Shown: positions 13,401 to 26,300 of the stretch, in pieces
How the letters are laid out: each line of letters begins with the position of its first letter
Numbering within the stretch: the stretch's first letter is position 1
Assembly (NCBI GenBank): GCA_965285935.1
Contig: OZ260662.1
Span: 102,300,001-102,364,000, forward strand
Origin: Ophelia neglecta
Taxonomy: Eukaryota
DNA length: 64,000 nt
Direction of reading: 5' to 3'
The notes under the pieces: generated by a model
What the model was told of the DNA's origin: nothing
What the model saw: the letters and a program-made list of their open reading frames with translations, nothing else
Database searches by the model: none
Position numbers and translations under genes: made by a program

Positions 13401-16400
13401 TGTCAAATAAGGTTTTGAAGCTGTTAACGTTATAAAAACGTTCACTGGAGAATCTTGCCAATTCTCTTTGTGATTTGAAGAAAGAAATGACATTAAGATC
13501 CCCATATGGTAAAATGTTTTTGGGTTATTAGCAAAGTCTTCTATAGGAGTGTGAAAAGCAGTTTTGTGAACAGAAACAACAGTGTTGAACCTTTCAGTCC
13601 ATGCCTGTGACTTTAATGCAAGATTACACTGGGGCTTTGTGCCTGTCTGTCTCGCTTTTTTTATTTTGGTATAAGTAATGACTCTACAGTTCTTCAAGAA
13701 ATAATAAATGTTGAATCTCCCCAAATGGCCAATATATTCTCTCTTCAATCTGAGGTGCCTAGATTGAAAATAAAAAATTCATTGTTTAAAGACACAAGAG
13801 ACTGTCACACTTACAAAACCATTTTTGTTCGTCATGTACATGTATACCTAAGTGTTCAGAATAAATCCAGCCCCATCCCTGAATGATCAGTGGATTTAAG
13901 CCATAATGGTGAAAGAAGAATTAGGATTCAGCGGCTGACACCAGCGATTGCCAGGCTTAGGAGATAAACAACCTGGCCTGCTATTCATGGCTAAAACAGA
14001 GAGTGATTGCATGGTCTCACCGCGATTTATAACGACGATTAAGGCATCAGGGGGATTTATAAGAGTTATAGAGCAAGCATGTTTTCTCTAGTGGCCTATA
14101 AAATATGTTCATGGTTTTAGTGTGGTTGTCTTATTTTTTCTCTGATTGTGATGAGGGTGGAAAAGTCATGAGAAGCATCAAAAACTTTTATATATTGTAC
14201 TTGAACATGTATTCCATCAATAAACACATCCTTTTTCTAGTAATTTAGAAGTGTCCATATAAACAGTCTGGCTAGTAGAATTGGAATGCTACTAGTCTGA
14301 AATATCTATCACCAGTAGGAATTTTCAACCCCAAGGCCTTAGGATCTGCTTACTACATATTTCATTTATTTGAACAAAGTAAATTAAGAACTAAGGACAT
14401 TTCTTCTAAGAGTAATGTGTCTGTGCTGAAGGATACACTAGTCCAGTCAGGCTAGTGCCTTTATATCCATACTAGCCCAAATAAATATTTACTAGTCTGA
14501 AGCTTTGGACTAGTGCTATACAGGCACAGACTGTCCTATATGTGGTATATGGGGGCATATGTTGTTTTTGTCAGAATATTACATCCAGCCTGGCAAGGAC
14601 TGCCTATACAATCATCATGACCAACCAGGGGCTCACCTGACAAGGATATTATCCTGTATGACAAGCTTATTTTTCAAAACAATGAAGGCCACTTTGTTAT
14701 GGCATCACTATGGTCTTGTTGGGATCATTTTACTTTTTTATGGCGTCACTGTGGACTTGTTGAGATCATTCGGCCTCCTCCAAACCATGCAAAAATAAGG
14801 TGTTTATTTTTTTAAAAATCTGATGAATGCACAAAATGAAGCTTTTCAGATATATGTAAAGGATAATTAAACCGTTTGATTCAAAACAACCTTTTAGACA
14901 ATTTCCAGTTTTCTGCTGTCTCACATCTGACCAAGTTATAGACATTTTTTGTGTGTAAAGATATTGGTTCTATCCCCATTTTTGTTCCTCTTTGTCAAAC
15001 CTGTTAACAACACTTCTACATGCAGCTGAAAGAGCTCAATAGAAAACACTTCATAATAGAGGTTATTATTTAATATATGCTTGTAATAGAAAAGCTGTCT
15101 TTTCACCCCCTGAATGTCAAGGTTACCACATACTGAGTGCTCCCCATTTTGTCAAGATGCTCATTGACAAATTTGTTGTCCAGGTGGGCAGTGAGTTGTT
15201 GCACCAAACCAATGGTACTCCAAAAAGGACCAACTGCACTCCTTTGGTTGCAGATTTGTTTTTATTATTTATGGAAACAATTTTATTATTACTTGCTGGT
15301 AGTTTGCTCAGAAATGTGAAGTTGCACGTAACCAAGAAATGATAGTGTTCAATCATGAATATAGATTATTTATTTAAATTTAACAACAAACACTTAAGAC
15401 AATATGGAAGTGAAATTTATCCACAATTTTAGAATTCTTTTTAGAATGCTAGTTATATTTGGATATATTTTCCTTTAAAGCCTTTTTAATTCATGTATTT
15501 ATGACAATTTTTTTTTTTTTTTTCAATATTAAACTACATATTCCTTGATAGGTAAGACCATCATATACTCTCCTGGGCCATATTTCAACTCTGTCCTGCT
15601 TTGACCACTGACTTGTTTGTTTTTTTGCTCCGACTCACATCATAGACCATGTTGGAAGTTTATATTTTCATTTTTTTTCTATTTATTTATTTTTTTGCAT
15701 TCCAAGTTTAACTACTGCTTGAGATTTTGGGATTGGTGAATGTGGCCTTGTAGCTTTAGGTCCCTGGTGATTTCAGAATGATTCAGTGAGCTATTTATAC
15801 TAATTTTGCTTTGTTTGCCAAGGATCCACTCTTGTTTTTGCTCTATATCCTAGGCAGTGTTTTTACATGTTTTTCTGAGTTTGTGTTGCTGTATTTGCCA
15901 TTTACACATTTGTTCCTGTGACATTTCCTGGAAATTCAATTTTGACTGTGTGCGATTCATGCACTGTACAAACAGTTCTTTTCTGCTGCTTGTATTTTGT
16001 GGAAATAAAGACATCAGGAGATTGAATCACTGTGCCTGTCGACCTGGTTTAGATGTGGCTGTCTGATGGGATCGCCGGGATTCAGATTGTTTATGACCCC
16101 AGTCAACACCACTTATGTCATCAGCCCAAGTCCATTGAATATCCAGCTTGATTTCCAGTTTTGGCTACCGTAATCAATCTAATAGAAGACGCATATCTGA
16201 TAAAGGATGCACCCTTAGTTAAAGTTTACTGTTAGGCCATAGGCTAGTTTCGGATTTTTATACTTACAAAGTCTTATTAAAAACTTAATTATTCTAATAC
16301 AAGACACATCACATAGGCACAAAAGTTCCTAATTAGTTTCGTGACCTGAGAAATTTAAGGAGTGGGTCTTTAATTAGATCAAACACGGTATCTTAAACAC

Positions 16401-19400
16401 TTCAGAGGTTGCAGAATGAAGCTAGTGGCCTTTACACATATCAGCATGCCTTTAGTCTGTTTGAAATGAGAAATCCAATTCATTTATTTCAAACACTGAT
16501 TTCAATCATTTAGATAGATAAAAATTGATGTAAGAGCCAGTTGGAAAGTCATTACTGCTTGGCATTTCATTGTTAAGATGTTGCTTTGCTGGGAAGGCTT
16601 GTGCTTACTCTTGTCATCTGCCAGACAATGATGTATGATTATCGAGCACTCGAGAAAAATTTGGCCATCACAAGCAGGAGGAGTGAAATGTGTGTCCCTT
16701 CAGAGCGGTCATGCAGGTGATTCCCCGGAAGGTACAAAATCAATAGCCAAGAGCCAGACACGACTGTCTGAGTCATAAAGTATAGCTGTCCTGTGAGCTG
16801 CTTCCTCGAGCATCCTCAGCTGTGAAATGCTCTTATTGTTTCCGTGGCATCCTAAGTTTGCCCAGCCCCAATTCATGCTAGCTGAGGAGACACATTACGT
16901 AGAGAGGCATGGAAGTATGAAATTAGTTTCTCGGATTCATGATGATGCCACAGGCTCATTGTATTTGGAAACGGCTGAGGAATATCGCAAATTTGCTAGC
17001 TAGGCAAGAGTGGAATAGGCATGATAGCTTTAAAAAATTAATTGTAATACATCTTGACACCCTCTAAGGTGCTAATTTCTGATTTGATGCTCAGCACGGA
17101 CGGGAAATCAGTGGAGTGGTGTGCAGTGGCTGTCTTGTGCATTTCAAGGTTATCTCCAGACCTCCATCACTCTAGCTGGTGCTAGCTGCATGCATGCTTT
17201 GGTTGCAGACTGTAAATAGCACTCGCTGCTCTTCAGGAAGTGCTTCGACCAGCAATGATAAAACTGGATTTTTCTCCTTACCTCATCATCATGCATTGAT
17301 CACTACTCAGATTTATCTCCCGAGCGTTGTTTAGTGCGACGCTCATTGCCTGATGACATATGACCATTACATGTCAACCAGCAATGCCTGTACGCTGAGC
17401 GGTGTCCGGCAGTGGAGGCTGGCATATTGATACTGTTATTATGGTGCACTGCGGAGGCAGTCTGGTCCACGAGCCTGGTACTGTATGAGCCGTGCAGTTT
17501 GTGTGATTGGTGTTAGGAACCCAATCACCATAGCCAGCTCCACACAGTGTGCTTTGCGATTGCAGAGGAACTGTAAATCCAGAGCACATAAGTGGAAATT
17601 AAAAGGTTCAGCTACCTCGGCCTGCTAGAACTCCTTAAGGACTTGATGTGAAATCCTTCATTTATGTCTGGCGGACAGAATAGAATGAGTTCGCACTTCA
17701 AGAAATAAAGACTCCCTTAATTACAAGAATTGATGAGGAACACCTGACCATGGGACACAAAATAAACTGTTATTTAGGAACACCAATATCACTCGTTTTC
17801 TGTGCATTGACTTTTGAGTGTATAACCAGTAGTAACTCCCAACTTGTTTATAATTCAACAGATTGTGACTCTCCTTGCCGCAATGGATCTTATGAGGTGA
17901 TGGCATGTTCCGACTCACAGCCGAAGATCTGCAAAGGTAGGTTACTCTTTAGTATTGCTATAATATTGGTAATATAAAACCATTTTGGATGGTGACAATA
18001 AGTTATATGTATGTAAATAAATGTAAATAACATATTGGAGTAGAAATTATCATTTGAATTATCTTATTTATAAATGTACAGGTTTTTAGTTTGGTCTCCT
18101 AGCAAGCCCGGTCACATGACTATATAACCTTCTGGTTATCATACTCAGTCATTAACTATCCTGGCATGCCTGGTCACATGACTATATAACCTTCTGGTTA
18201 TCATACTCAGTCATTAACTATCCTGGCAAGCCTGGTCACATGACTATATAACCTTCTGGTTATCATACTCAATCATTAACTATCCTGGCAAGCCTGGTCA
18301 CATGACTATATAACCTTCTGGTTATCATACTCAGTCATTAACTATCCTGGCAAGCCTGGTCACATGACTATGTGTAACCTCCTGGGTCAACGTCAGGGAG
18401 CCTACACAAGGAACACTTGTTACTAGAGTTTAAACAGAGACATTGTTTTATGTATGTAAATAAATGTAAATAACATATTGGAGTAGAAATTATCAATTTG
18501 AATTATCATATTTATAAATGTACAGGTTCTTAAGTTTGGTCTCCTGGCAAGCCTGGTCACATGACTATATACCGTTCTGGTTATCTTACTCATTCGTTAA
18601 CTATCCTGGCACGGCTGGTCACATGACTATGTGTAACCTCCTGGTTCAACTTCGGGGACCCTACACAAGGAACCCATGTTACTAAAGTTTCTTGAGTTGC
18701 GCTGGAAGTCAGGATATATGCGTGCGCATCTGTTTTTTGTGCATGGAGTTGGCGACATCCGGCACAACTCTAGTAACAAAGAGACGGCCAAAGTTGGCCC
18801 CCATTATCAGATTCAGTTGTTAACCATCCAGGCAAGCCTGGTCACAGGAGTATATATCATTTAAAAGTCCTGTTATTAACCAAACTGGTTTCATACTCCT
18901 CACTGTTGAACACACTAACATGTCCTTACTGCATGCTGAGGTATTTTTGGTTATTTTGATGTGAGAGTAATGCCATACGTTCAAACTGTCTATCAATCAT
19001 TTTACCTTTGACTAGTGTGTCTCTAGAGCAAACTCATGGTCTGGCATGTTGAGCACATGAATGTCACCTCAATTGAGCTCACCACTTAAAGCTGGATAAT
19101 TGATATTGGTATAATTCTGAATATGTGTGCCAGCTAACTATTAATAGGGGATAGGGCAACTACTATGGTTAGTGGAGAGAAGTTGGGAGTTATAAATAAT
19201 AGTTAAATTTTTAAACGAAAAACTTCAGCCTTAATCAAGCGATCGAGGGTCGCGGGAGATGAGTTTTGCCTCTTCCCGTGACCAATTCAATGATAGAGTA
19301 AATGAAGGGGTCTTTTATGTTTATCTTTTGTAGTTGATGTATCTTTGTTTTTTCTTGGAACTAAGTTTGAAGCAAATATGGCTAAATACATGACAGCAGA

Positions 19401-22400
19401 CAATCCACTCTATAACAGTTACTGTGTATGCTTTCTTTTGGTGTTTGTCCCATTTTCAAACCTACCATGGCTGTGACAATGAAACCATTGACTAATTGGG
19501 TCACGCATGCATAATGAGATAAAAATGCTTCAGGAAGTGCTCGGTCAGGAAGCAAACTGCCAATCACAGCGCCCACCCAGGAAGTAATATGGCCTTCCGG
19601 TTAGCTCTGTAACCATTCAAACTCTGCACTATATGTACTAGCATTTAAATCACACTTTTATGATACCTTTCTGGAATTTATCCTTGCAGTTTTTGTTTTT
19701 GGAATAAGACTCTATACTATTGCTCCTATTTTTATTATATTTCTATGGGCCCTGTCATTTATTTTCTGGCAGTGCATAGCTTAAAAGTCATTATAACAAT
19801 AGTTACCATCCTTACATATGTTTTGTCTTGGGCTGGGATAATGGAAACCTACCATTTGTTGTAGTAAAACAGACGGCTGTATTGAGATAGACAGAGACAA
19901 CCACCAGGCTGTATGGGACTGAAATGGTACTTTCCCATTGGTTTGTAACAAAATGTACAAGAAATAAGTGGGTATAATCAGAAAACACAGGACCAAATGT
20001 CTCTTTGTTTCTAACTCTGTGGCCATTATGGGATGCAATAAGAACATATTGTATAGTAAACAATCAGGGAATTTTTTGACTTGTTGGTATTTGCTGGGAC
20101 CAGGACCAGATATGGAGTTAGCCTATATACTGTTGTTAGGGGACTGGGGATAGACAAGGTGGGGTTCCACTGCTGGATCCTGATCAGATTGGACACATTT
20201 AATGGACAGTTCTTTATTAACAAATTTGTTTTCTCCATACCCGTTATTTTTAACAACCCCTCGAGCAAATAATGAGGAAAAATGAGACACTTTATGCACA
20301 CAAACAATCAGTCAAACTTAGAAGATCAGTATCCTTAACTGATTGCTTCTAGTTTAAATATTCAGCAGTTTACCAAGAAGTATATGCACAGTGAAACCTG
20401 CCTTTAAGACCACCTCTAAATTCAGACCACCTGTATAAGCAGACCACCTGTATAATGAGACCAGTCCCATGGGTGGTCTTAATTGACAGGCTTCACTGTA
20501 GTTCAGTGAAGCTGTCTGTTGCCATGTTCTTAGTTAGTTGGTTGTTTGGGTTTTTTTTTCGTGGCTTTCAACACTTATATGGTCATACCACCACTGTGTC
20601 TACTTGTGACAGTGGGCTCAATGCCCTCTTAAGAGTGCTGCCTCACTGGAGTACCTGCCATAGACCCCAGACAGGGAACCCCACCCAGTCACATTATACT
20701 GACACCGGGTTGACTAGTCCTGATACTACCCTTGAAATACTGGGCGCCTGGCAGGGGAGCTATCAGTGCCTATTTTAACGTCTTGGGTTTGACATGATCA
20801 GGTTCGAACCCCGATCTACCACTTATGAGGCAGACACCCTAACCACTCAGCCATGCTTTGGTGGTGCCATTTTCTTAGTAAAACTTGTGTCAAATTGGTC
20901 TTTATAGAGTACTAATTTAAATACTAGTATGGAGCTGATATTGGTGATCCAGCAGTGCCTGTGTATACTGTATGTACATGTACAAGAGCATTCAACATGC
21001 TTGGAAGGTATGTTTTCAATCTTGTTGTTGTGTCATGGACATTGATGGAAGCTAAGCTATGTCAAATGATCAGTTAAATACTAGTTCACTATTTAGTTGT
21101 AGTTGAATCAATAAGTGTAAAGAAGGTGGTTACATCTGATACCAACAATTCACCATGTAAAATGCTTGCACGTTTTTGTCCAACCATGTTTTCAGCCCAG
21201 TTTAACAGAGTACTTTTGGCTATTTTACTTGTGACATAATGTTTTTCAAGCTAAGATGTTGTTTAAAGCCTGTGATAACTGAGAGCAGACATGTTGATAG
21301 TTTATACACAACTCTACCTAGCAGTCAATTAGCAATTGGCCCTCTATCACTACTCCCATAGAGGGTCTATGGGAGCAGAGCAGAAAGTAGAGGAACAGGG
21401 CTGGGTCTTCTCCCATAGAGGGTCTATGGTAGTAGAGCAGACAGTAGAGGAACAGGGCTGGGTCTACTCCCATAGAGGGTCAATGGGAGCAGAGCAGACA
21501 GTATGAGACACAGGACTGTGTCTACTCCCATAGAGGGTCTATGGGAGTAGAGCAGACAGTAGAGGAACAGGGCTGGGTCTACTCCCATAGAGGGTCTATG
21601 GGAGCAGAGCAGACAGTAGAGGAATAGGGCTGTGTCTACTCCCATTGATGGTCTATGGGAGCAGAGCAGACAGTAGAGGCCCAGCACTGGGTATACTCCC
21701 AGAGGCTCTATGGGAGCAGAGCAGACAGAAGAGGCAGCACAGGACTTGGTCTACTTCAATAGAGGGTCTATGGGAGCAGAGCAGACAGTAGAGAGACAGG
21801 ACTGGGTCTATGCTCCCATGCACAAGATTGGGTCTACTCCCATAGACAGTGCCACTACTGGCTGCTCTACTCCCATAGACCCAGTCCTGTGCCTCTACCG
21901 TCTGCTCTGCTCCCATAGACCCAGTCCTGGGCCTCTACCGTCTGCTCTGCTCTCATAGACCCAGTGCTGTGCCTCTACTGTCTGCCCTACATCCATAGAC
22001 CGAGCCCTGTGCCACTACCTTCTGTTCTGCTCCCATAGATCCAGTCCTGTGATAAGCTTAGTCCTAGTTTATATGTGTTTCCATTGACATGATTAAGTTT
22101 AAAACCAAACTAGCTAGGTTAAAGACCAAATCCAGTGTCCAGAAACCCCGATTATCAAGTGAGATGTTGCACTTTAATCCTGATTTAAATCTGATTAAGA
22201 GTTAAGACCACTTCCAGAAACCATGCCCTGGGGATTGATGTTTGTGGGCCAGCAGCTGGTGGTTCCAGGGGATTGATGTTTGTGGGCCAGCAGCTGGTGG
22301 TTCCAGGGGATTGGTGCTTGTGGGCCAGCAGCTGGTGGTTTGTGATGTTATCAGACCCCTTTAATGGATTGTGCTGTACCCAATTTATTGTAACTCATTA

Positions 22401-23286
22401 TAATGCAGAATCTTCCTATTAGCACTTGTCAGAACAAAGATCTCCATGGTCCTAGGAAGCTCATACACAATAAAGCTCAATAACATATTATTAATATCAT
22501 TACTATATTTTAACATAAATGAACAGTACTGTTATATTGATATGAAGTACAGTACAACCTGGCCTAAAGAATACCTGACAATAAGGGACACACTGACTAT
22601 TAAGGACATTACTTTTAGTACAATAGTTATACTAAACATGTAAAGTAACCTGTGAAATAGGGACAACTAAGAAAAGAGGAGAGATTTCCCAGTCCCTTGG
22701 CTGTCCCTTATTGTCAGATTTCACTGTATATCCAATTTAAAGATATTAAATGGCCCACATGGTGCTTGTGTCATTAAACCCCAACACTCCAATCCAATAA
22801 TATCAACACTAGTGTCAGTTATGTTCTAGTGCAGTTCATGCATCCTGGCACTAGTCAGAGGTAAAATGTGTGATTAAAAAAGCGTGGAGGGACAAGGTGT
22901 ATTAATGTGTAGCACACATTAAGGCAGCCTTGTACCTTATCATGCAATCAACAACTCAGCAGTTAGTTGTACAATTAACTAATGAAAACATATCATTGAG
23001 ATGCATTAACTGTGAACCAAGATGCATCAACAGTTATTTCCTTGGCTTTACAGTAATTCATCATTGTGAAGTGTTTTCGCTATTTTTTATCAACAACCTG
23101 CTGATTTCTACTCATTTTTATTGGCTTGATGCTGGACGAATCTATGCAAAAATATATCCATGCTAAAACAGCCTTGGCAGTTTCCAAAGTACATTGGAGA
23201 CCCAACTAGTGCCAGGATGTGTACACTGCAGTTAATGCATGGTCTCTATACCCCTGATATTGTTAAATAGTAAATTCATAGAGCTA

Positions 23287-23329
<43 letters not shown>

Positions 23330-26300
23330 GTGAGCTCAGAGACTGAACTAAGTTTGCATATGATTTTATTAGAACGAGCAGGATGAATAATGTTTCCTGT
23401 GAGTGACTTATCTGACATTATGTATAACAGCTAGGTGACAAGTCATTTTATGTAAGTTCCTATTATATATTTTTGGATCCTTTCATAAAGCACTTGTTAC
23501 TGTTCATGGTTACTACTGACTAGGTTTTTACAGCCTGTTTGTTACTGCTGTCACTCTCCATACAGCGGGTTTTGGTTAAAGCTGCGTCCTGCATGGATGG
23601 GCTCATGTAAATACAGCCACAGCGAGATATGTAATAAGGCTAAGATATGTAATAAGGCTAAGATATGTAATAAGGTTAAGATATGTAGTAAGGTTAAGAT
23701 ATGTTATAAGGTAAAGATATGTAATTTGGTTAAGACATGCATTTAGGTTAAGATAAGTAATTAGGTTTATATATGTAATTGGGTTAAGATATGTAATTTG
23801 GTTAAGTTGTTTGTAATAAACATTATACAATTACAAAAGGAAAGAAAAAAATAATATTTTGATATTTTATGATCAAATAGCACATTTTTTCTTTTCCATG
23901 ATATGGTAGAATATATTGGTTACCATGGCCATTGCAGAAGGTTCCCCTTTGCTCTGTTGTTCAGAAATTGTGATTTACCGGTAACTCAACAGAATGCTAC
24001 AAAAATTGTTGCTCATGCCTTTCAGATTCAGATAGTCCTTGGAATCCTCACATCTATGAAATACTTATTGTTCCTGTGAACAAATGGTTTGCCACTAAGG
24101 TGTCAGGGATATTGCCAGCATCCCATGAATATTTCAGCCATTTTAGTGTGATTTGTTTTTCAACAACAGTTGTAGTCTAATTGAATACAAATTGCCTGCA
24201 TAGAACTGGTTGAGACTGAATTGAAAGGACTTGAGGCAGTTTACTAACCTTTTTGCTTTTACTTGTACACAACAAACAAAGGCATGGCTTGTCAATTGGA
24301 AATATGGCCCCCATCAAATCTTAGCACTCTCCAATTGTCAAAAGTAACTTCAAAATGAAATCTCATTGAAGACAGTCCCTCCATTAACTTGGCCAATGAA
24401 TATATGTAACATGTGTCAGGTGAAAATTAAGGCAATGCTAGATCTCATGGGATCACATTAACAAGGAAATAGTGCCTGGAATTGGGCCAAACATGGGGAT
24501 TTATGAGCCCCAATGTTGAAAGGTCCAATTGCTATAATCCTGAGGCTGAGACATGGCAGCTTGTACCCAAGGGAGCATTATACATCCACCATGCTGCCTA
24601 TCATATTGGCAAGGCTATTTGTTATGTGATGTACCTAATGTGCAGTTTGAAGGAAATATCCGAAATATTCAGCCCTCTTGCAGCCTCCAATTTTCTCCCT
24701 ACTAGCCTTCCACCCCCCCCCCCCCCTCTCCTTAGCTCTTTTCAATACAACTACCAACATCCAACCCTTTGTGTCCTTCCCTTCTTCCCCTGCCCCCCTT
24801 CATCCTCATTCTTTTACCACACTTTTTCTATGCTGGTTGTTAAAAGAGCTTGATTTTAAGTATTTTTTTTCGATTTTGACTTGGCTTTTTTCCACTTGAG
24901 TAACTTTTTATTCTGCCTTAGGCTTTAAGTCAGTTGTTCAAAGTGTCTTTGAATTAAACTTCTCGCAGCCATCAAAGTCTTAAGTCTAAAACACCAATTT
25001 AGCAGTCTTGAGAAAAGCCCAAGTCGTTAGTCTAAAATCAGACTTAACTTGAGTCTAAGAATAGTCATTGAAATTTGAAGTCAGATGTTCAAGTCTTAGT
25101 CTCAAACTATGGAAACAAAGTTCAAGTCCAAGAATCTATTAACAACCTGAGCCTGTTGTTTGAGCTTTGCATCCCTTCCTAGTTCTTCATCCCATCCTCC
25201 CCCCCCCCCCAACCTCCTCTTTTCTCCCTCCAAGCCTCCCTCCACCTTGTTTTCCTCCAGCACCTTTCATATATACCAATACCACCACCTAACCCCTTGT
25301 TTCTTTGCCGTGCCTCCCTTCATCCACATTCGTTAACCTCCTCCTACTCCTTTTGAGCTTATGCAGCCCTACCCATTTTTTCCTCCCCAATCGTTTTCTC
25401 CCTGTCCCAGTCACCAACCTCAGTTCCTGGCGGGTTATCAACAGGGAATGATTGAGGTTATAGGGTGCAAGTGCACTTTGCTGAATAATATTGGAAGGAA
25501 TATTGACCGTGCAACAAGGACCAGCACAGGTGCCAAATGTAGAAACAGAACATATTAAGTTTAGGAGTATACAGTGAAACCTGCCTTAAAGACCACCTCT
25601 ATAATCAGACCACCTGTCAATTCAGACCACTAATATGAGGGCCATGCTGTAAACTTTCATTGTTAAATAACCTGTGTAAACAGACCATCTCCAAAATCAG
25701 ACCAGCATTTTCCAGTCCATTGGGTGGTCTTAATTCACAGGTTTCACTGTATATATGATTTCTGATACTTGACTTAACTTAGCTCATCACAGCTCAAGAC
25801 ACTTAATGATAATATGTACAGTGAAACCTGCCTTTAAGACTACCTTTCTATTCAGACCACCTGTCAATTATGACCACCTATATGAGTAAACTCCGGCGCA
25901 ATATTAATGTAAAGATAACTGGTATAAACAGACCACCTACAAATCAGACCAGTACTTACTAGTCCCTTGGGTGGTCTTATTTCACAAGTTTCACATGTAC
26001 TAGGTGTGAATAGATTATAATAGAAGTGGACAAATATGTTCACACCATGCATGTTAAGCCATGGTGGGAGGTCAATTTCCTGGATTGGGTAAGATGAATG
26101 GACATGATCCCCAGGCAGCATGCAGCTGGGCTGTGATCAAGGTTGTGATAGGGACAGGAGGCTGACGGCGATCCGAGCTATCACCGACCTACACCAGCGG
26201 TCTTCCTCAGCGCTGAATTCCACCACAAAACTGGTAGATAATCACCATGGTGACATCACAGTATGTGACTGTTCAGTGTGAAATATTTGCTAAAAAGAAA

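Noticed and set aside
14575-14798. Acceptor followed by an open frame ([10 protein letters not shown]...)
   Set aside because: Ends in a stop before a usable donor; no similarity to the gene's modules
20455-20778. Similar ORFs at 20455, 30600, 34729 and 47356 as a gene family
   Set aside because: They are antisense translations of SINE S1 copies
23534-23610. Possible extra TNFR-like exon (ag|CC TGT...)
   Set aside because: Lacks the Cys pattern and reaches TAA with no donor
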